A stretch of 64,000 bases of DNA from Candidatus Levyibacteriota bacterium (GTDB lineage: Bacteria > Patescibacteriota > Microgenomatia > Levybacterales > UBA12049). Shown here piece after piece: positions 47,700 through 57,939 of the stretch (position 1 is the stretch's first letter; every line of letters starts with the position of its first letter). The notes beneath the pieces were generated by a model that was not told where the DNA came from, ran no database searches, and saw nothing but the letters and a program-made list of their open reading frames with translations. The stretch is from positions 51,862 through 115,861 of the forward strand of contig JBBRCK010000001.1 of the NCBI GenBank assembly GCA_038205015.1, given 5' to 3'. Position numbers and translations under genes: made by a program.

Positions 47700-48149
47700 A
47701 TGGTTGATATTAAACTACTTAAAAAATTAAGAGAAGAAACACAAGTCTCTTTAGCAGATTGCAGAAGGGCATTGGAAGAAACAAACGGAAACTACGAAAA
47801 ATCTCTGGAGTGGCTTAAAAAGCAGGGAATTGAAAAAGCAGAAAAAAAATCAGACAGAGAAACAGCACAGGGATTAATTGAAAGCTATATTCATCAAAAC
47901 GGAAAAGTCGGGGCATTAATTCAAATTGCCTGCGAAACGGATTTTGTGGCTAGAACAGAGGATTTTAAGCATTTGGCTCACGAAGTGGCCATGCAAGTTG
48001 CCGCAATGAAGCCTAAAAATATTGACACATTACTTAAACAAGAATATATTAGAGACAGTTCGCAGACAATAGAACAATTAATAAAATCATCAATTGCAAA
48101 GCTTGGAGAAAACATTGTCGTAAAAGAAATCACAAGATTTGAAATATAA
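47700..48149 (+). CDS. tsf: Elongation factor Ts (short form)
   Basis: LREET...DC..AL, CETDFVA, GENI. Confidence 0.97.
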   Translation: MVDIKLLKKLREETQVSLADCRRALEETNGNYEKSLEWLKKQGIEKAEKKSDRETAQGLIESYIHQNGKVGALIQIACETDFVARTEDFKHLAHEVAMQVAAMKPKNIDTLLKQEYIRDSSQTIEQLIKSSIAKLGENIVVKEITRFEI

Positions 48150-48707
48150 ATGGAATTAACCGCATCTACTCATCAAAACATGCAAAAAGTGATGGATGTT
48201 TTAAAAAACGATCTATCAACCGTTAGGGCAGGAAAAGCAACGCCGTCTTTAGTTGAGCATATTGTTGTAAATGCCTATCAGGGCACGCAGAAGTTAAAAA
48301 TTATCGAACTTGCTCAGGTTCATACTTCCGATGCACAAACGATTATTATTACTCCTTTTGACAGTTCAATTATTGGTGAAATTCATAAGGCAATTATGGA
48401 AAGTAGTACCGGTTTTACGCCAATAATCGATGGACCATTAATCAGAATCTCAATTCCGCCGCTTTCTGAAGAAAGAAGGCAACAATTGGTTTCTTTAGTA
48501 AATCAAAAACTAGAGGGTGGAAAAGTTCAGGTAAGGCAAGTAAGACACGAGGCAATGAATGATACTAAAAAACAATTAAATGATAAATTAATTTCGGAAG
48601 ATGAAATGATTAGGCTTGAGAAAGAAATCCAGAGATTAACCGATGAAACAATTGGGCAAATCGATGCATTAGGAAAGCAAAAAGAACAAGAGCTAATGGC
48701 ACTTTAA
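48150..48707 (+). CDS. frr: Ribosome recycling factor
   Basis: RAGKA.P, IPPLSEERR, VRQVR. Confidence 0.97.
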   Translation: MELTASTHQNMQKVMDVLKNDLSTVRAGKATPSLVEHIVVNAYQGTQKLKIIELAQVHTSDAQTIIITPFDSSIIGEIHKAIMESSTGFTPIIDGPLIRISIPPLSEERRQQLVSLVNQKLEGGKVQVRQVRHEAMNDTKKQLNDKLISEDEMIRLEKEIQRLTDETIGQIDALGKQKEQELMAL

Positions 48708-48713
48708 TCTCCA

Positions 48714-48748
48714 TATTTAGCATCTAGTATTTAGTATCTGGTTTTTAG
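48714..48748 (+). repeat. Heptamer tandem repeat
   Basis: TATTTAG CATCTAG TATTTAG TATCTGG TTTTTAG. Confidence 0.75.
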
Positions 48749-48765
48749 TATACTTTCTAAGAAAC

Positions 48766-49878
48766 ATGTTGTTAACGGTAGTTGTATTTATATTAATTCT
48801 TTCAATATTGGTTTTAGTTCATGAAGCTGGACATTTTTTTGTCGCCAAGTTTTTTAAAATTAAAGTTGAAGAATTTGGTTTTGGACTTCCACCCCGGGTA
48901 TTTGGAAAGAAATTTGGAGAAACACTTTATTCTTTAAACTGGCTTCCAATTGGTGGGTTTGTAAAGTTATATGGCGAAGACGAAGCAGGATCAGGGAGTG
49001 TTTCTTTAAAACCTCAAAAATTATCAACCAAAGATATTCATAGAGCCTATTTTTCAAGGCCAAAATGGCAAAAAGCATTAGTTATTGTTGCAGGAGTTGT
49101 AATGAATTTTGTCTTGGCAGTAGTAATTATTTCATTTTTATTTTCTGTCGTTGGAGTATCTGAGCCAACAAATAAAGTTTTTGTTGCTCAAATTGTAAAA
49201 GGTGCTCCGGCAGATAAAGCCGGCCTTCGGGTTGGGGATTTAATTGAAGAGGTTGGCGGAAAGCAAATTAAAACAACGCAAGAAGTTCTTCTTAGTGCCA
49301 GAAATAATCTTGGAAAAGACGTCAGTATAAAAGTCAAAACAAAACAGGGGACAGAAGAAGTTTTAAAATTAGCGCCACGTAAAATTTATCCTGCAAACCA
49401 AGGTCCGATGGGAATTGCAATCGAGCAAGAGTTAACCATTAAAAAATATCCTTGGTATCAGGCGCCATTTGTCGGAACAAAAGAAGCGCTTAAAGAAACT
49501 TGGATGATAGCTTCAGGTTTAGGCACACTTTTGGGCCAGTTAGTAACAAAAGGAGTAGTGCCTTCTGACGTTGCGGGTCCGGTTGGAATTGCGCAGTTAA
49601 CAGGCAGAGTGGTTGATATTGGACCTTTTGCAGTACTTTCATTTATCTCGCTTTTATCGCTTAATTTAGCTCTAGTCAATATTTTGCCAATACCGGCCTT
49701 AGATGGAGGAAGACTTTTATTTATCGCAATAGAGGCCATAACCAGAAAAAAAGTAAATCCTGCAATTGAAGGATACGCCCATACCATTGGTATGATTGTG
49801 CTTTTGGGTTTAATTGCGTTAATAACGCTACATGATCTAATTAGAATTTTTACAGGTCAGCCGATTATTCCTAAGTAG
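48766..49878 (+). CDS. rseP: RIP metalloprotease RseP (M50 + PDZ)
   Basis: HEAGH, P.GGFV, AGV..N, PDZ, NILPIPALDGG. Confidence 0.96.
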   Translation: MLLTVVVFILILSILVLVHEAGHFFVAKFFKIKVEEFGFGLPPRVFGKKFGETLYSLNWLPIGGFVKLYGEDEAGSGSVSLKPQKLSTKDIHRAYFSRPKWQKALVIVAGVVMNFVLAVVIISFLFSVVGVSEPTNKVFVAQIVKGAPADKAGLRVGDLIEEVGGKQIKTTQEVLLSARNNLGKDVSIKVKTKQGTEEVLKLAPRKIYPANQGPMGIAIEQELTIKKYPWYQAPFVGTKEALKETWMIASGLGTLLGQLVTKGVVPSDVAGPVGIAQLTGRVVDIGPFAVLSFISLLSLNLALVNILPIPALDGGRLLFIAIEAITRKKVNPAIEGYAHTIGMIVLLGLIALITLHDLIRIFTGQPIIPK

Positions 49879-51159
49879 TTATTTTATAAGCTTGTTTAGT
49901 GCCACCAAATAAGAAGCTTCTTTAAGATTAGTTTTGTTTTTAACTGATGTATCCCAAACATTGCTAAACGCATCTTGCATCATTTTTTCCAATCTTTTTA
50001 AAACATCCTCTTTTTTATAAACTTTGTTTTTCATATTTTGCTCCCACTCAATAAAGCTTCCGGCCACTCCGCCCGAATTTGCCAAAATATCAGGAACAAT
50101 TATTACGCCTTTTTCAGTTAGATGATGTTGTGCCTTTGGCGTTACCGGTCCGTTTGCCATTTCGATAATTATTTTTGCTTTAATATTTTGCATGTTGTTG
50201 TCATTGATTACATCTTCCAAAGCTGCAGGAATTAAAATATCAACAGGGAGGGTGAGTAGCTCGTCATTAGTTATTAATTGGCCGCCCCTGGTATCACAAA
50301 CTCCTCCGGCGCAATAACAGCCGTTTAAACTTCCTTTTTCGTTTTTGCATTCGTAAACTAGGGGAATATCAAGAGCAATAAAGTTTCCTTTAGAATCTCT
50401 TTTAATAATTCCGCCTTTAGAATCGGAGACCGCGACCACTTTAAATCCTTCTTTAGAAGCTAAGTCGGCGAAAAAATACCCAACATTTCCAAAACCCATT
50501 ATGGCAATGGTTGTCTCCTGAGGTTTTAATTTCATTTTTTTGGCAAGTTCTTTTAAGACAACCACACCGCCAAAGCCGGTTGCTTCAGTTCGCCCTGCCA
50601 AGCCGTTTTTTGCTTTTCCGGTAAAAGTTGCATAAAGCTTGTTTTCGGGAACTGAAGTTTTATTCTCTTTTGCAATCTTTATATACTCGTCAACCATCCA
50701 ATCGATTATTTTAGGATTAGTATTTACGTCAGGAGCGGGGACATCTTTGTCAAAACCAATAATGTCATAAACCCTTCTGGCGTACTCTCTGGAAAGAGCT
50801 TCCAGTTGTTCTTCAGTTAAGGCTTTTGGGTCAACTGCTACTCCACCTTTTCCTCCTCCAAGAGGAACTCCGACAACTGCGGTTTTTAAGCTCATCCATA
50901 AAGAAAGCGCCATTACTTCGTCTTTATTTACTCTTGGATGAAACCTAAGCCCTCCTTTATATGGTCCGAGCGTATTACTATGTTGGCTTCTGTAGCCTTT
51001 AAAAGTAACAATTTCTTCTCCAATTTTTACGGGAATTTTTAATTCAACTACACGATCGGGTTCTAAGAATTCTTCGACTTTGTCTTGAGGAAGATTATAT
51101 TTCTTGGCAATCTTTAAAATTTCTTCGCGGGATTTTTGATAAACAGAATTATTTTCCAT
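49879..51159 (-). CDS. gdhA: Glu/Leu/Phe/Val dehydrogenase
   Basis: GPYKGGLRFHP, GGGKGG, DVPAPD, GFGNVG, E.ANGP. Confidence 0.93.
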   Translation of the reverse strand: MENNSVYQKSREEILKIAKKYNLPQDKVEEFLEPDRVVELKIPVKIGEEIVTFKGYRSQHSNTLGPYKGGLRFHPRVNKDEVMALSLWMSLKTAVVGVPLGGGKGGVAVDPKALTEEQLEALSREYARRVYDIIGFDKDVPAPDVNTNPKIIDWMVDEYIKIAKENKTSVPENKLYATFTGKAKNGLAGRTEATGFGGVVVLKELAKKMKLKPQETTIAIMGFGNVGYFFADLASKEGFKVVAVSDSKGGIIKRDSKGNFIALDIPLVYECKNEKGSLNGCYCAGGVCDTRGGQLITNDELLTLPVDILIPAALEDVINDNNMQNIKAKIIIEMANGPVTPKAQHHLTEKGVIIVPDILANSGGVAGSFIEWEQNMKNKVYKKEDVLKRLEKMMQDAFSNVWDTSVKNKTNLKEASYLVALNKLIK

Positions 51160-51210
51160 AATAGAAATAAAGTATACAACGTCGTTTTTAAAAATGCTAT
51201 ACTTATTTTT

Positions 51211-51537
51211 ATGGATTCGATAACGTTTGAAGATTTTAAAAAAATAGAAGTAAGAATTGGCAAGATTATTGCTTGTGAAAAAGTCGCAGACGCCGATAAG
51301 CTTTTAAAGCTGCAAGTTGATTTTGGAGATTTTCAGCGTCAAATTGTTTCAGGAATCGCAGAGTTTTATCAACCCTCTGAGTTAGAAGGAAAAAACCTTC
51401 CATTCATTGTTAATTTAGAGCCAAGAAAATTCAAAGGGGAAGAGAGCCAGGGAATGTTAATGGCTATGGATACCGAAGATAAACCTGTTTTACTGATCCC
51501 CGCAGAAGATGTTCCCATTGGAACATTAGTGGTTTAA
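51211..51537 (+). CDS. Stand-alone tRNA-binding OB protein (MetRS C-terminal/Trbp111-like)
   Basis: ITFEDF.K...R.G.I, DKLL.L.VD.G, RQIVSGIA, SQGM. Confidence 0.9.
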   Translation: MDSITFEDFKKIEVRIGKIIACEKVADADKLLKLQVDFGDFQRQIVSGIAEFYQPSELEGKNLPFIVNLEPRKFKGEESQGMLMAMDTEDKPVLLIPAEDVPIGTLVV

Positions 51538-52214
51538 TTTATTATAAATTCCAAAACGCTTTTCTCTCCCAAATTATGCACCATCAAATCAGGTTTTTCA
51601 TCCGTTAATTCTTCGAACGGATAAATTCCTGTTGAAACAGCAATAACCTGAATTTCTGCATTTCTTGCGCATGCAATGTCTCTTGGAGTGTCGCCGATAA
51701 TTATAAAATTATCAGTTTTAAAATGACTATTAAAAATCTTATTTGCTTTGTTTTTTGCTATTTCTACTAAATCTACTCTTTTAAAAGCCTCGTTACCAAA
51801 CGCGCCAAAATTAAAAAAGCTTATTAATCCAGCGTTTTCTATTTTTGCCCAAGCAATGTTTTCCATATTTCCTGATAAAATTCCCAATGGCACTTTTTTC
51901 AATTTAAGTTTTTCAAGTAAATCTTTAACACCAGGAAGGGGAATAAAGGAATCTTTTTTTATATTTCTCACTACATAATCTGACATACAGGTTGCAGCAT
52001 CTTTTAATTTTTCTTTTACTTTCTTTTCGGAAAAACCACGTAATTTTAATACGTCGATTATAATTTGATTATCAAGCATTCCCTCCGGTTTTATTTCTCT
52101 TTGATTCGCATCGACGCCATAAATATTTTTAAACATATAAGAAAATGCATCGAAATGAACAGGATTAGCAGTTTTAAATAATGTTCCGTCGATATCAAAT
52201 AAGGGAATTCTCAT
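51534..52214 (-). CDS. HAD-family hydrolase
   Basis: LFDIDGTL, IIGDTPRD. Confidence 0.93.
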   Translation of the reverse strand: MRIPLFDIDGTLFKTANPVHFDAFSYMFKNIYGVDANQREIKPEGMLDNQIIIDVLKLRGFSEKKVKEKLKDAATCMSDYVVRNIKKDSFIPLPGVKDLLEKLKLKKVPLGILSGNMENIAWAKIENAGLISFFNFGAFGNEAFKRVDLVEIAKNKANKIFNSHFKTDNFIIIGDTPRDIACARNAEIQVIAVSTGIYPFEELTDEKPDLMVHNLGEKSVLEFIIN

Positions 52215-52876
52215 TTTATAAAATAGGTTCTTTTGGTATAAAGATTAGGTTGATTAAAAACCTCAATAATTTTTTCTTTACTTTTTTCAAAAGGCTTGGC
52301 TGTAAAACAATCGCAATAAACATTAAAAAGTGCCTCTATATATAATTCTTCGGCTCTAGCTTTTATATCATCTACTATTTCTTTGATGGAAAGATTCAAT
52401 TTGGGTTCAAAATAATCTGCGCCAAATGTTCCATGAAGTCTAACGGTTTCTGAGATTTTTTCAATTTCTTTTTCGGAAAGACCAGTATCTTTTACAAATT
52501 TATCAACTATTGTTGAGCCCCAATATTCGTGTCCTGGATTACTAACAATTCCTTCAGAATTTTCATGTCGTAAATTAAATTCTTTAAAACCATCTTTATA
52601 AGATAATATTTTCCCCACATCGTGTAAAAGTGCGGTTAAAAGCATAATTTCACCGTTGGTTAAATTATCAAATGGGTTATTAGCAAATTCCAGAAATAAT
52701 TTTTTGGCTACTTGGTTTTGAATAAAATTTCCTCTAATTTGTAGCTTGGCGATTTCAAATGTCTTGATAAGATGGTCATAGGTTTTTTCATGATTATGGT
52801 AAGAATTATTTTCTATAACTAATTGAAGTTTTAAAAAGAGGGGATTTTGTAAAATTTTTTCAACGATTTCGTTCAT
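52211..52876 (-). CDS. HD-domain protein
   Basis: H...H, ALLHDVGK, GHE..G, H...D. Confidence 0.88.
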   Translation of the reverse strand: MNEIVEKILQNPLFLKLQLVIENNSYHNHEKTYDHLIKTFEIAKLQIRGNFIQNQVAKKLFLEFANNPFDNLTNGEIMLLTALLHDVGKILSYKDGFKEFNLRHENSEGIVSNPGHEYWGSTIVDKFVKDTGLSEKEIEKISETVRLHGTFGADYFEPKLNLSIKEIVDDIKARAEELYIEALFNVYCDCFTAKPFEKSKEKIIEVFNQPNLYTKRTYFIK

Positions 52877-52879
52877 TTA

Positions 52880-53230
52880 TTATTTTCTCTTTAATGGTTC
52901 ACTAAAAATAATATCATATGTTTCGATTCCTTTCATAAGAGCTAAAGATTTTTCAACAAATACTTCTTTTTCTTCTGGAATTGCGTTAAATGCTGCTACA
53001 AATTCTTCTGCCTCAATTGTTTTAAAAACTCCACCAATTTCATAATCTCCTTTTACATAGCAGTGTATCTCAATAGGATTTGATGATGCGATTTGGTTAT
53101 TCAAAACGGTTCTTAAGGTATCTACTCCAAAGGCTCCCGGATCGTAAGACACGGCAATTGGATAATCCCATTCATCTACTTGTAGTACTTCTGCTTCTCT
53201 AATATTTGGCATAGGCTTGAAAGTATACAA
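52880..53230 (-). CDS. Hypothetical protein
   Basis: Acidic ORF; probable start MPNIRE at 53212. Confidence 0.6.
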   Translation of the reverse strand: MYTFKPMPNIREAEVLQVDEWDYPIAVSYDPGAFGVDTLRTVLNNQIASSNPIEIHCYVKGDYEIGGVFKTIEAEEFVAAFNAIPEEKEVFVEKSLALMKGIETYDIIFSEPLKRK

Positions 53231-53261
53231 CAGCTTTTAAAAAAATGATATACTTTAGGAA

Positions 53262-54503
53262 ATGAGATACTCACAGAGTTTTCCAAAAACTCAAAAACAA
53301 TCACCAACCGGTGCGGAATCAATAAATCATAAGCTTCTGGTTAGAGCTGGATTTATTGATCAATTAATGGCCGGTTCCTGGACGCTCTTGCCAATGGGTC
53401 TTCGGGTCGTATCAAAAATTAACGATATTATAAGAGAAGAGTTAAATAAAACCGGAGCGCAGGAAATCTTAATGCCGCTTTTACATCCTAAAGAAATCTG
53501 GAATGAAACCGGTCGCTGGGATAGCGCCAAAGACATCATGTATCAATTAAAAAAAGATGATAAAGATTTTGGGCTTTCTTTTACACATGAGGAAATAGTG
53601 GTTGACTTAATCAGAAAGCATCAACTTTCTCCCAAAGATTTTCCGATTAAGGTTTATCATTTTTCAACCAAATTCAGGCATGAGTTAAGAGCAAAATCCG
53701 GAATCCTTCGGGGTAGGGAATTTATGATGAAAGATTTATATAGTGCCCATTTAACAGAAGAGGATATGTATGATTATTACAAGAAAGTGATCGATGCCTA
53801 CCTTTTAATTTTTAAAAGACTTAGTTTAGATGTAAAAGTTGTTGAAGCCTCGGGTGGAGTTTTTACCGATAAGCATTCTCATGAATTCCAAGTTTTATCT
53901 CCGATTGGAGAAGACACAATTTTTTATTGTGAATGCGGAAAATGCGATTTTGCCCAAAACGAAGAAATTTTTAAAGGAAAAGTTGGAGATAAATGTGCTG
54001 ATTGTGACTGTAAAATAATTTCCGGAAAGGCAATAGAAGTTGGAAATATTTTTCCCCTCGGAACAATGTATGCGGAAAAAATGGGCGCGTTTTATACTGA
54101 TTCAACCGGCGCGAAGCGACCGTTATGGCTGGCAAGTTATGGAATTGGACCGACAAGAATTTTAGGTACTTTGGTTGAAATGTTTCATGACGATAAAGGA
54201 ATTGTTTGGCCGGAAAACACTGCTCCTTTTAAAGTTGATTTAATTTCTTTACATTCGGAAAATGAGGAAGTTACAAAATTTGCAGATAAAGTTTATGAAG
54301 AGTTGCAAAAAGCGGGAATAGAAGTTTTATATGATGATAGACAGGCTGCGGCAGGAGAAAAATTCGGCGATTCGGATTTAATCGGTTTGCCGGTAAGATT
54401 AGTCGTAAGCAATAAAACAGGCGATAAAGTTGAATTTAAAAAAAGAACAAAAGAAGAAACAGAACTCCTAAGTTTGGAAGAAGTTTTAGAAAAATTAAAA
54501 TAA
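53262..54503 (+). CDS. proS: Prolyl-tRNA synthetase (short; no INS editing domain)
   Basis: W.ETGRW, THEE, KFR.E.R...G..RGREF.MKD.YS, YGIG, anticodon-binding domain. Confidence 0.97.
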   Translation: MRYSQSFPKTQKQSPTGAESINHKLLVRAGFIDQLMAGSWTLLPMGLRVVSKINDIIREELNKTGAQEILMPLLHPKEIWNETGRWDSAKDIMYQLKKDDKDFGLSFTHEEIVVDLIRKHQLSPKDFPIKVYHFSTKFRHELRAKSGILRGREFMMKDLYSAHLTEEDMYDYYKKVIDAYLLIFKRLSLDVKVVEASGGVFTDKHSHEFQVLSPIGEDTIFYCECGKCDFAQNEEIFKGKVGDKCADCDCKIISGKAIEVGNIFPLGTMYAEKMGAFYTDSTGAKRPLWLASYGIGPTRILGTLVEMFHDDKGIVWPENTAPFKVDLISLHSENEEVTKFADKVYEELQKAGIEVLYDDRQAAAGEKFGDSDLIGLPVRLVVSNKTGDKVEFKKRTKEETELLSLEEVLEKLK

Positions 54504-55085
54504 TCCAAAAACTTTTGCCCAGACGATTATATAAATCACAAAAAATACTATAGTTAAAACCATTAATATTATTGGAAGCAATTTTCCTTTTTTCTTTTCC
54601 TTCGCTTTAGTATTTATTACTTGATTAACTCCCATAACCTCTTCGGGTGAAGGATTAGGGTTTACCATCGTATTATTTGGTTGATTTAAAAAAGGGGATT
54701 TTGTAACATCGTCTGAAAAATCATTCATATTAAGATTTTGCATAAGAGGTTGAGATTCAACCTGTTGAGTTTCCATAATTGGAGGAAGTGGTGGTAATTG
54801 CTCAATTGTTGGTTTTTGAGGCAGTGGTGCTTCGTGTGAAAATTGAAGTTCTACTGTTGGTTGGGTATTTGCTGTAACGTTTTGAGGCAGGGGAGGATTA
54901 TTTGGTTGTAATGGTTTTTCAGCACCAGGCTCGATGGGTTTTGGCGCTTCTTGGGCTGGCAAGGGTTGAGTTGATGTAGTAGTCGGAGCAGGTTGCCCGG
55001 TCAGAGTTGGTACAGAAGTTCCCATAATTCGCTCATAGGTTTCTCGAAGTTTTGGGTCTAAATTTGATAATTGCTTTGGATCCAT
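54495..55085 (-). CDS. Pro/Gln-rich protein with C-terminal TM anchor
   Basis: LDPKLRETYERIMG N-terminus, disordered middle, C-terminal TM. Confidence 0.75.
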   Translation of the reverse strand: MDPKQLSNLDPKLRETYERIMGTSVPTLTGQPAPTTTSTQPLPAQEAPKPIEPGAEKPLQPNNPPLPQNVTANTQPTVELQFSHEAPLPQKPTIEQLPPLPPIMETQQVESQPLMQNLNMNDFSDDVTKSPFLNQPNNTMVNPNPSPEEVMGVNQVINTKAKEKKKGKLLPIILMVLTIVFFVIYIIVWAKVFGLF

Positions 55086-55141
55086 AATTTATTATATTAA
55101 TCGTCCTTTATTTTAGATTCTTTGTCAAGAAATAAGTTTAC

Positions 55142-56017
55142 TTATTCTGCGGAATTTACCAATGTATTTACAAAATCTTTAAAAGGCATTTCAGCCTCTT
55201 TTGGTAAAAGGCTATTTTCGGTTAAGCCCGGGATTGTATTTAATTCTAGAACATAAATTTGTTTGTTCTTAACAAAAAAATCAATTCTGGAATATGAACC
55301 AATATCGAAATGCTGGTGAATCTTTAATGCAATTTTTTGAATTTTTTTTCTTGTTTTCTCATCCAGAGATGGGGCATTGAGAATCTCTTTTGTAACGCCT
55401 GAGTACTTATTTTTATAGTTAAACCATTCTCCTTTTGGTGCAATAATTTCCAAAACCGACAAGGCCTTGTTGTTTAAAATTCCCACAGTTGCTTCGACCC
55501 CCTCTATATATTCCTCAACGAATAAGTCTTTATGAGAAAAAATAATCATTTTTTGTTTTTTCAAATCTTTCTTAGTTGTTAGAATATATACCTCTCTTGA
55601 AGATCCACCCGATGAAGTTTTAACCACACAGGGAAAGCCAAATTTAATTATATCTTCTGGTTTTTTAATTAATCTCCATTTTGGCGTTAAAATATTATTT
55701 TTACCACAATATTTTTTAAATGAAATTTTATACCAGGCCTTTTTCATACCTTTATAATTTTTTGTTCCCACAACGAGTTTATTTAATTTAGATAAATACT
55801 GATGAAGTTTTCCGCCTTCTCCTTCTTCTCCATGTAATACAGGAAAAAGAACCTCGAAATTTTTAGAGAACTTCTTAATAGATTCATAACCGTTTTTAAG
55901 ATCATATAGTTTTATTTTATGATTGTTTTCTTCTAATGCCTTTTTGACATTTTTTGCTGACAAAAAGGAAATTTTGCGTTCCGAAGAATTTCCGCCGGTT
56001 ATGATTAATATTTTCAT
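55142..56017 (-). CDS. ddl: D-alanine-D-alanine ligase
   Basis: GG.SSER.IS, LHG..GE.G, GSS, RIDF, ELNTIPG.T..S. Confidence 0.93.
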   Translation of the reverse strand: MKILIITGGNSSERKISFLSAKNVKKALEENNHKIKLYDLKNGYESIKKFSKNFEVLFPVLHGEEGEGGKLHQYLSKLNKLVVGTKNYKGMKKAWYKISFKKYCGKNNILTPKWRLIKKPEDIIKFGFPCVVKTSSGGSSREVYILTTKKDLKKQKMIIFSHKDLFVEEYIEGVEATVGILNNKALSVLEIIAPKGEWFNYKNKYSGVTKEILNAPSLDEKTRKKIQKIALKIHQHFDIGSYSRIDFFVKNKQIYVLELNTIPGLTENSLLPKEAEMPFKDFVNTLVNSAE

Positions 56018-56101
56018 GAGGTTTAAAGACTATATCAGAATTCACGATTTTGTCAAAAAAAAGCTTCCATTTCGTAAGCAAAAAAGGTATACTTAAAGAC
56101 C

Positions 56102-57004
56102 ATGAAATTCATTGTTACACACACAGCGCCGGACATGGATGCAATTACATCCGTTTGGCTTTTAAGAAAATTTTTAGGAGGCTGGGATAAGGCTGATGTT
56201 AAATTTGTTCCCGCAGGAGATAGGCTTTTGCCTCTACCAAAAGGACAAAGTTTTGACTACGCAATAGAGAAAAGAGGAGAAGATGAATATATTCACGTTG
56301 ATACCGGTATGGGGCCTTTGGATCACCATCAAACATCAGACATAAATGTTTGCGGAGCATCACTTTCTTTTGATTTTGTTAAAAAGGGCCTGGTAGATGT
56401 TGAACCTTCAATAAATCCGGAAAAACTTGAAGCATTAGATAGAATGGTTAAATATGTTGTTGCGGTAGATCATTTTCAGGAGATTTTTAGACCAGAAGCC
56501 TTGGCTGATTATCAAGATTTTTCAATAGTAAATATTTTAGATGGACTTAAATTCGAAAGGCCGGGACAAGACATATATTTTGTTGATTTTATTTCAAGTT
56601 GCCTTGATGCACTACTTCTTGATTTTGAAAATAAAGTTTGGTCAGAACGTGAGATTGAAAAAAATTCTGTAAAATTTGAAACAAAGTGGGGAAGGGGCTT
56701 GGGACTGGAAAGTATTAATGATTCGGTAATTAAAATGGCTCAATTAATGGGTTATGTTGTAGTAGTAAGAAGAGATCCTCGAAAAGGGTACGTCAGAATT
56801 AAAGCAAGACCAAACGATGTTGGAAGTACCAAGGGAATAGATTTGACTTTAGCTTATGAAAAATTAAGCAAAATGGATCCACAGGCAACCTGGTTTTTGC
56901 ACGTTTCCAAAAAAATGCTTTTAAACGGAACTCCCAAAAATCCAAAAATGAAACCGACAAAGCTTTCTTTGAATGATATAATAGGGGTGTTAAAAACAAT
57001 ATGA
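56102..57004 (+). CDS. DHH/MYG1-like phosphoesterase
   Basis: TH..PDMDA, VDTG.G.LDHHQ motifs. Confidence 0.7.
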   Translation: MKFIVTHTAPDMDAITSVWLLRKFLGGWDKADVKFVPAGDRLLPLPKGQSFDYAIEKRGEDEYIHVDTGMGPLDHHQTSDINVCGASLSFDFVKKGLVDVEPSINPEKLEALDRMVKYVVAVDHFQEIFRPEALADYQDFSIVNILDGLKFERPGQDIYFVDFISSCLDALLLDFENKVWSEREIEKNSVKFETKWGRGLGLESINDSVIKMAQLMGYVVVVRRDPRKGYVRIKARPNDVGSTKGIDLTLAYEKLSKMDPQATWFLHVSKKMLLNGTPKNPKMKPTKLSLNDIIGVLKTI

Positions 57005-57336
57005 AGAATTGTGTTTTTTGTAAAATTGCTAGCCACGAATTGCCAAAAGAATTTGAGTATGAAGATGATGATGTAATGGTTTTTCCCGATTTAAATCCGG
57101 CTAGAGCAGTGCACTTTTTAATAGTTCCCAAAAAACACCTTAAAGATTTTTCCGAACTTACAGATTCAAAATTAATGATTAAGGTGTTTAATAAGCTTCA
57201 GGATATTGTTAAAGTAAAGGGTTTGGATAAAAACGGATTTAAGGTTTTCCTAAATGGAGGAGGAGCACAAATTATTGACCATTTACATATTCAACTAACG
57301 GGTCCATGGAAAAAAGATGAAAAGTTTGGATTATAA
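57001..57336 (+). CDS. HIT-family protein
   Basis: CVFCKI, D.NP...H.L.VPKKH, Q...HLHIQ. Confidence 0.92.
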   Translation: MKNCVFCKIASHELPKEFEYEDDDVMVFPDLNPARAVHFLIVPKKHLKDFSELTDSKLMIKVFNKLQDIVKVKGLDKNGFKVFLNGGGAQIIDHLHIQLTGPWKKDEKFGL

Positions 57337-57351
57337 AGGAGGTGTTTTATT

Positions 57352-57537
57352 ATGGTAGTAGTTAAAAAAATGCCAGGGGATAGTGACGAAGCACTGATCA
57401 GGAAATTTTCAAGAAAGGTTATGTCGGAGGGGATTTTACAGGAAGCGAAAAGAAGAGAATTCTATCTTAAGCCTTCAGCAGCCAGAAAACAAAAAGCAGA
57501 AGATTTAAGGCGCATGAAGAAAATGCCCACCACTTAA
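57352..57537 (+). CDS. rpsU: 30S ribosomal protein S21
   Basis: LIRKF.RKV..EG...E...REFY.KPS; SD AAGGAGGT. Confidence 0.93.
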   Translation: MVVVKKMPGDSDEALIRKFSRKVMSEGILQEAKRREFYLKPSAARKQKAEDLRRMKKMPTT

Positions 57538-57542
57538 GACTT

Positions 57543-57929
57543 ATGGATAAAGTTTCCGTTCTTATTTTTGTCGAATCAAGATACAAAATAAACAGAAAAC
57601 GCATTAAAAAAACTGTCGAGAAAGTAATCGATAAAAATGAAATTACAGGACCGATAGAAGTTTCTATTGCAATTGTTGGTGATAGAAAAATGCGGGAACT
57701 TTCCAGGAAATATAAAGGGGAAGATAAAACCAGAAACATTCTCTCTTTCTCGCAAAGAGAGGGCGAAGAGCTGGTGGTTCCAAAAGATGTGTTAAGACTT
57801 GGAGACATTGTTTTGTCTTTTCCGCAAGTCATAAATGATGCGGTAAGAGATGAAGTTTTGGTAGACGATAAAGTTGATGAATTGATAGAACATGGATTAA
57901 TGCATTTATTGGGATTGCATCATGATTAA
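57543..57929 (+). CDS. ybeY: rRNA maturation endoribonuclease YbeY
   Basis: LSF, LGDI, HGLMHLLG.HH. Confidence 0.95.
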   Translation: MDKVSVLIFVESRYKINRKRIKKTVEKVIDKNEITGPIEVSIAIVGDRKMRELSRKYKGEDKTRNILSFSQREGEELVVPKDVLRLGDIVLSFPQVINDAVRDEVLVDDKVDELIEHGLMHLLGLHHD

Positions 57930-57939
57930 GTGAAACGAT

